Assembly (NCBI GenBank): GCA_018820275.1
Contig: JAHJOO010000056.1
Span: 25,628 to 89,627, forward strand
Reading direction: 5' to 3'
DNA: 64,000 nucleotides
DNA from: Alphaproteobacteria bacterium
GTDB taxonomy: Bacteria; Pseudomonadota; Alphaproteobacteria; Caulobacterales; Caulobacteraceae
In this document: one piece after another, positions 62,885 through 64,000 of the stretch
Position numbering within the stretch: position 1 is the stretch's first letter
Layout: every line of letters begins with the position of its first letter
Program-made: the position numbers and the translations under genes
Notes under the pieces: model-generated
Told to the model about the DNA's origin: nothing
What the model saw: only the letters and a program-made list of their open reading frames with translations
Databases searched by the model: none

Positions 62885-64000
62885 ATGTTCAGCGCAATCA
62901 TCGCGGCATCCGTCCGCTTCCGTTGGTTCGTCATCCTAGCCGTCAGCCTCGTGGCGGCCCTGGGTCTGTTCGAACTGACCAAGCTGCCCATCGACGCCGT
63001 TCCCGACATCACCAACAGACAGGTTCAGATCACCACGGTCGCCCCCGCCCTGGCGCCCGAGCAGATCGAGCGGCAGGTCACCTATCCGCTGGAAACTGCC
63101 CTCGCGGGCATCCCCGGCCTGACCAGCACGCGGTCACTGTCACGCAACGGCTTCAGTCAGATCACCGCGATCTTCACGGACCAGACCGACATCTATTTCG
63201 CGCGTCAGCAGGTCGCCGAACGGCTCGCCGCCGCGTCGGAGGGCCTTCCTGAAGGCGTGGAGCCGGGGCTGTCGCCGATCACCACCGGCCTCGGCGAAGT
63301 GCTGATGTGGACGGTCGATTACGTCCCCTTCAACACCGAGAACCTTTCCAGACCCGGCCAGCCCGGCTGGCAGGCCGGCGGCGTCTACCTGACACCGGAG
63401 GGTGAGCGACTGACGACGCCAGAGCAGCGCGCGACCTATCTGCGGACGGTCCAGGACTGGATCATCGCGCCGCAGATGCGCACGACCGCTGGCCTAGCTG
63501 GCGTCGATACCGTTGGTGGCTACGTCAAGGAGTATGCCGTCAGGCCCGACGCCGCGCGGTTGTCCGCTTATGGTCTGGGCCTCGGCGACCTGGTCCAGGC
63601 GGTCGAACGCGCCAATACGCAGGCCGGCGCCGGCTACATCCAGCGCGCGGGCGAGGCCCTGGTCGTCCGCACCGACGCTCTGGCGCTGACCATCGACGAT
63701 CTGGCCCAGGCCCCCGTGGTCAATCGCGGCGGCCTGGTCGTCCGGGTCGCCGACGTCGCCACAGTCGAGATCGGTCAGGCCCCACGCCTGGGCGGCGCCA
63801 GCCGTGACGGGCATGAGGCGGTGCTCGGCACAGCCCTGATGATCGCCGGCGGCAACAGCCGCACGGTGGCCCAGGCGGCGGCCGAGCGGCTGGCGGTGGT
63901 GGACGACAGCCTGCCTCCTGGCATCGTCGCCCTGCCGGTTCTGAACCGCAGCGAGCTGGTCAACTCGACCATCTCGACCGTCGCTCGGAACCTGACCGAG
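62885..64000 (+). CDS. czcA: Heavy-metal RND permease of the CzcA/CusA family. The 3' end lies beyond the window.
   Basis: This was translated by hand from the ATG at 62885: MFSAIIAASVRFRWFVILAVSLVAALGLFELTKLPIDAVPDITNRQVQITTVAPALAPEQIERQVTYPLE... It is not in the ORF track because no stop occurs within the window. Confidence 0.88.
   Translation, partial: MFSAIIAASVRFRWFVILAVSLVAALGLFELTKLPIDAVPDITNRQVQITTVAPALAPEQIERQVTYPLETALAGIPGLTSTRSLSRNGFSQITAIFTDQTDIYFARQQVAERLAAASEGLPEGVEPGLSPITTGLGEVLMWTVDYVPFNTENLSRPGQPGWQAGGVYLTPEGERLTTPEQRATYLRTVQDWIIAPQMRTTAGLAGVDTVGGYVKEYAVRPDAARLSAYGLGLGDLVQAVERANTQAGAGYIQRAGEALVVRTDALALTIDDLAQAPVVNRGGLVVRVADVATVEIGQAPRLGGASRDGHEAVLGTALMIAGGNSRTVAQAAAERLAVVDDSLPPGIVALPVLNRSELVNSTISTVARNLTE

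Overview
This is a high-GC alphaproteobacterial chromosome segment, probably Caulobacterales. That placement is an inference from a DivL-type kinase carrying Tyr in place of the phospho-accepting His.

Positions 1-30085 look like ordinary core genome. They hold a cobT-like vWA protein, a secreted truncated globin, and a DUF3034 / cupredoxin-like / HAMP-GGDEF-EAL module whose EAL part is frameshifted. They also hold the Entner-Doudoroff operon zwf-pgl-edd-glk, hmgA with two coupled Cys-rich lipoproteins, a Zn-ADH, divL, a carotenoid oxygenase, ccmABCDG and acnA. Two core intergenic regions carry unusual telomere-like G-rich hexamer/heptamer arrays arranged as inverted repeats.

A tRNA-Val(GAC) at 30086-30160 marks the start of visibly lower-GC accessory DNA that runs to the end of the window. 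In order, it contains:
- three orphan genes;
- two integrase modules: XRE | GIY-YIG-like, AlpA-like, integrase; then an HTH protein, a second integrase and a frameshifted RusA;
- a SPARTA-type short-pAgo system (TIR-APAZ plus MID-PIWI) with an extra co-oriented gene;
- a translationally coupled five-gene DISARM-like cluster: N6-adenine methyltransferase, 915-aa unknown, DrmA-like helicase, DrmB-like DUF1998 protein, DrmC-like PLD nuclease;
- a DUF4238 gene coupled to a 436-aa unknown;
- a truncated DUF4917-like gene next to an IS1-like transposase;
- a heavy-metal module: ArsR, MerR-CDF divergon, small His/Cys-rich protein, czcCBA-like RND pump.

The best candidates for undescribed biology are three. 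The first is the hybrid DISARM-like architecture, especially its 915-aa component. The second is the third gene attached to SPARTA. The third is the DUF4238 plus 436-aa operon.

All family assignments come from motif recognition by eye. No database search was run.
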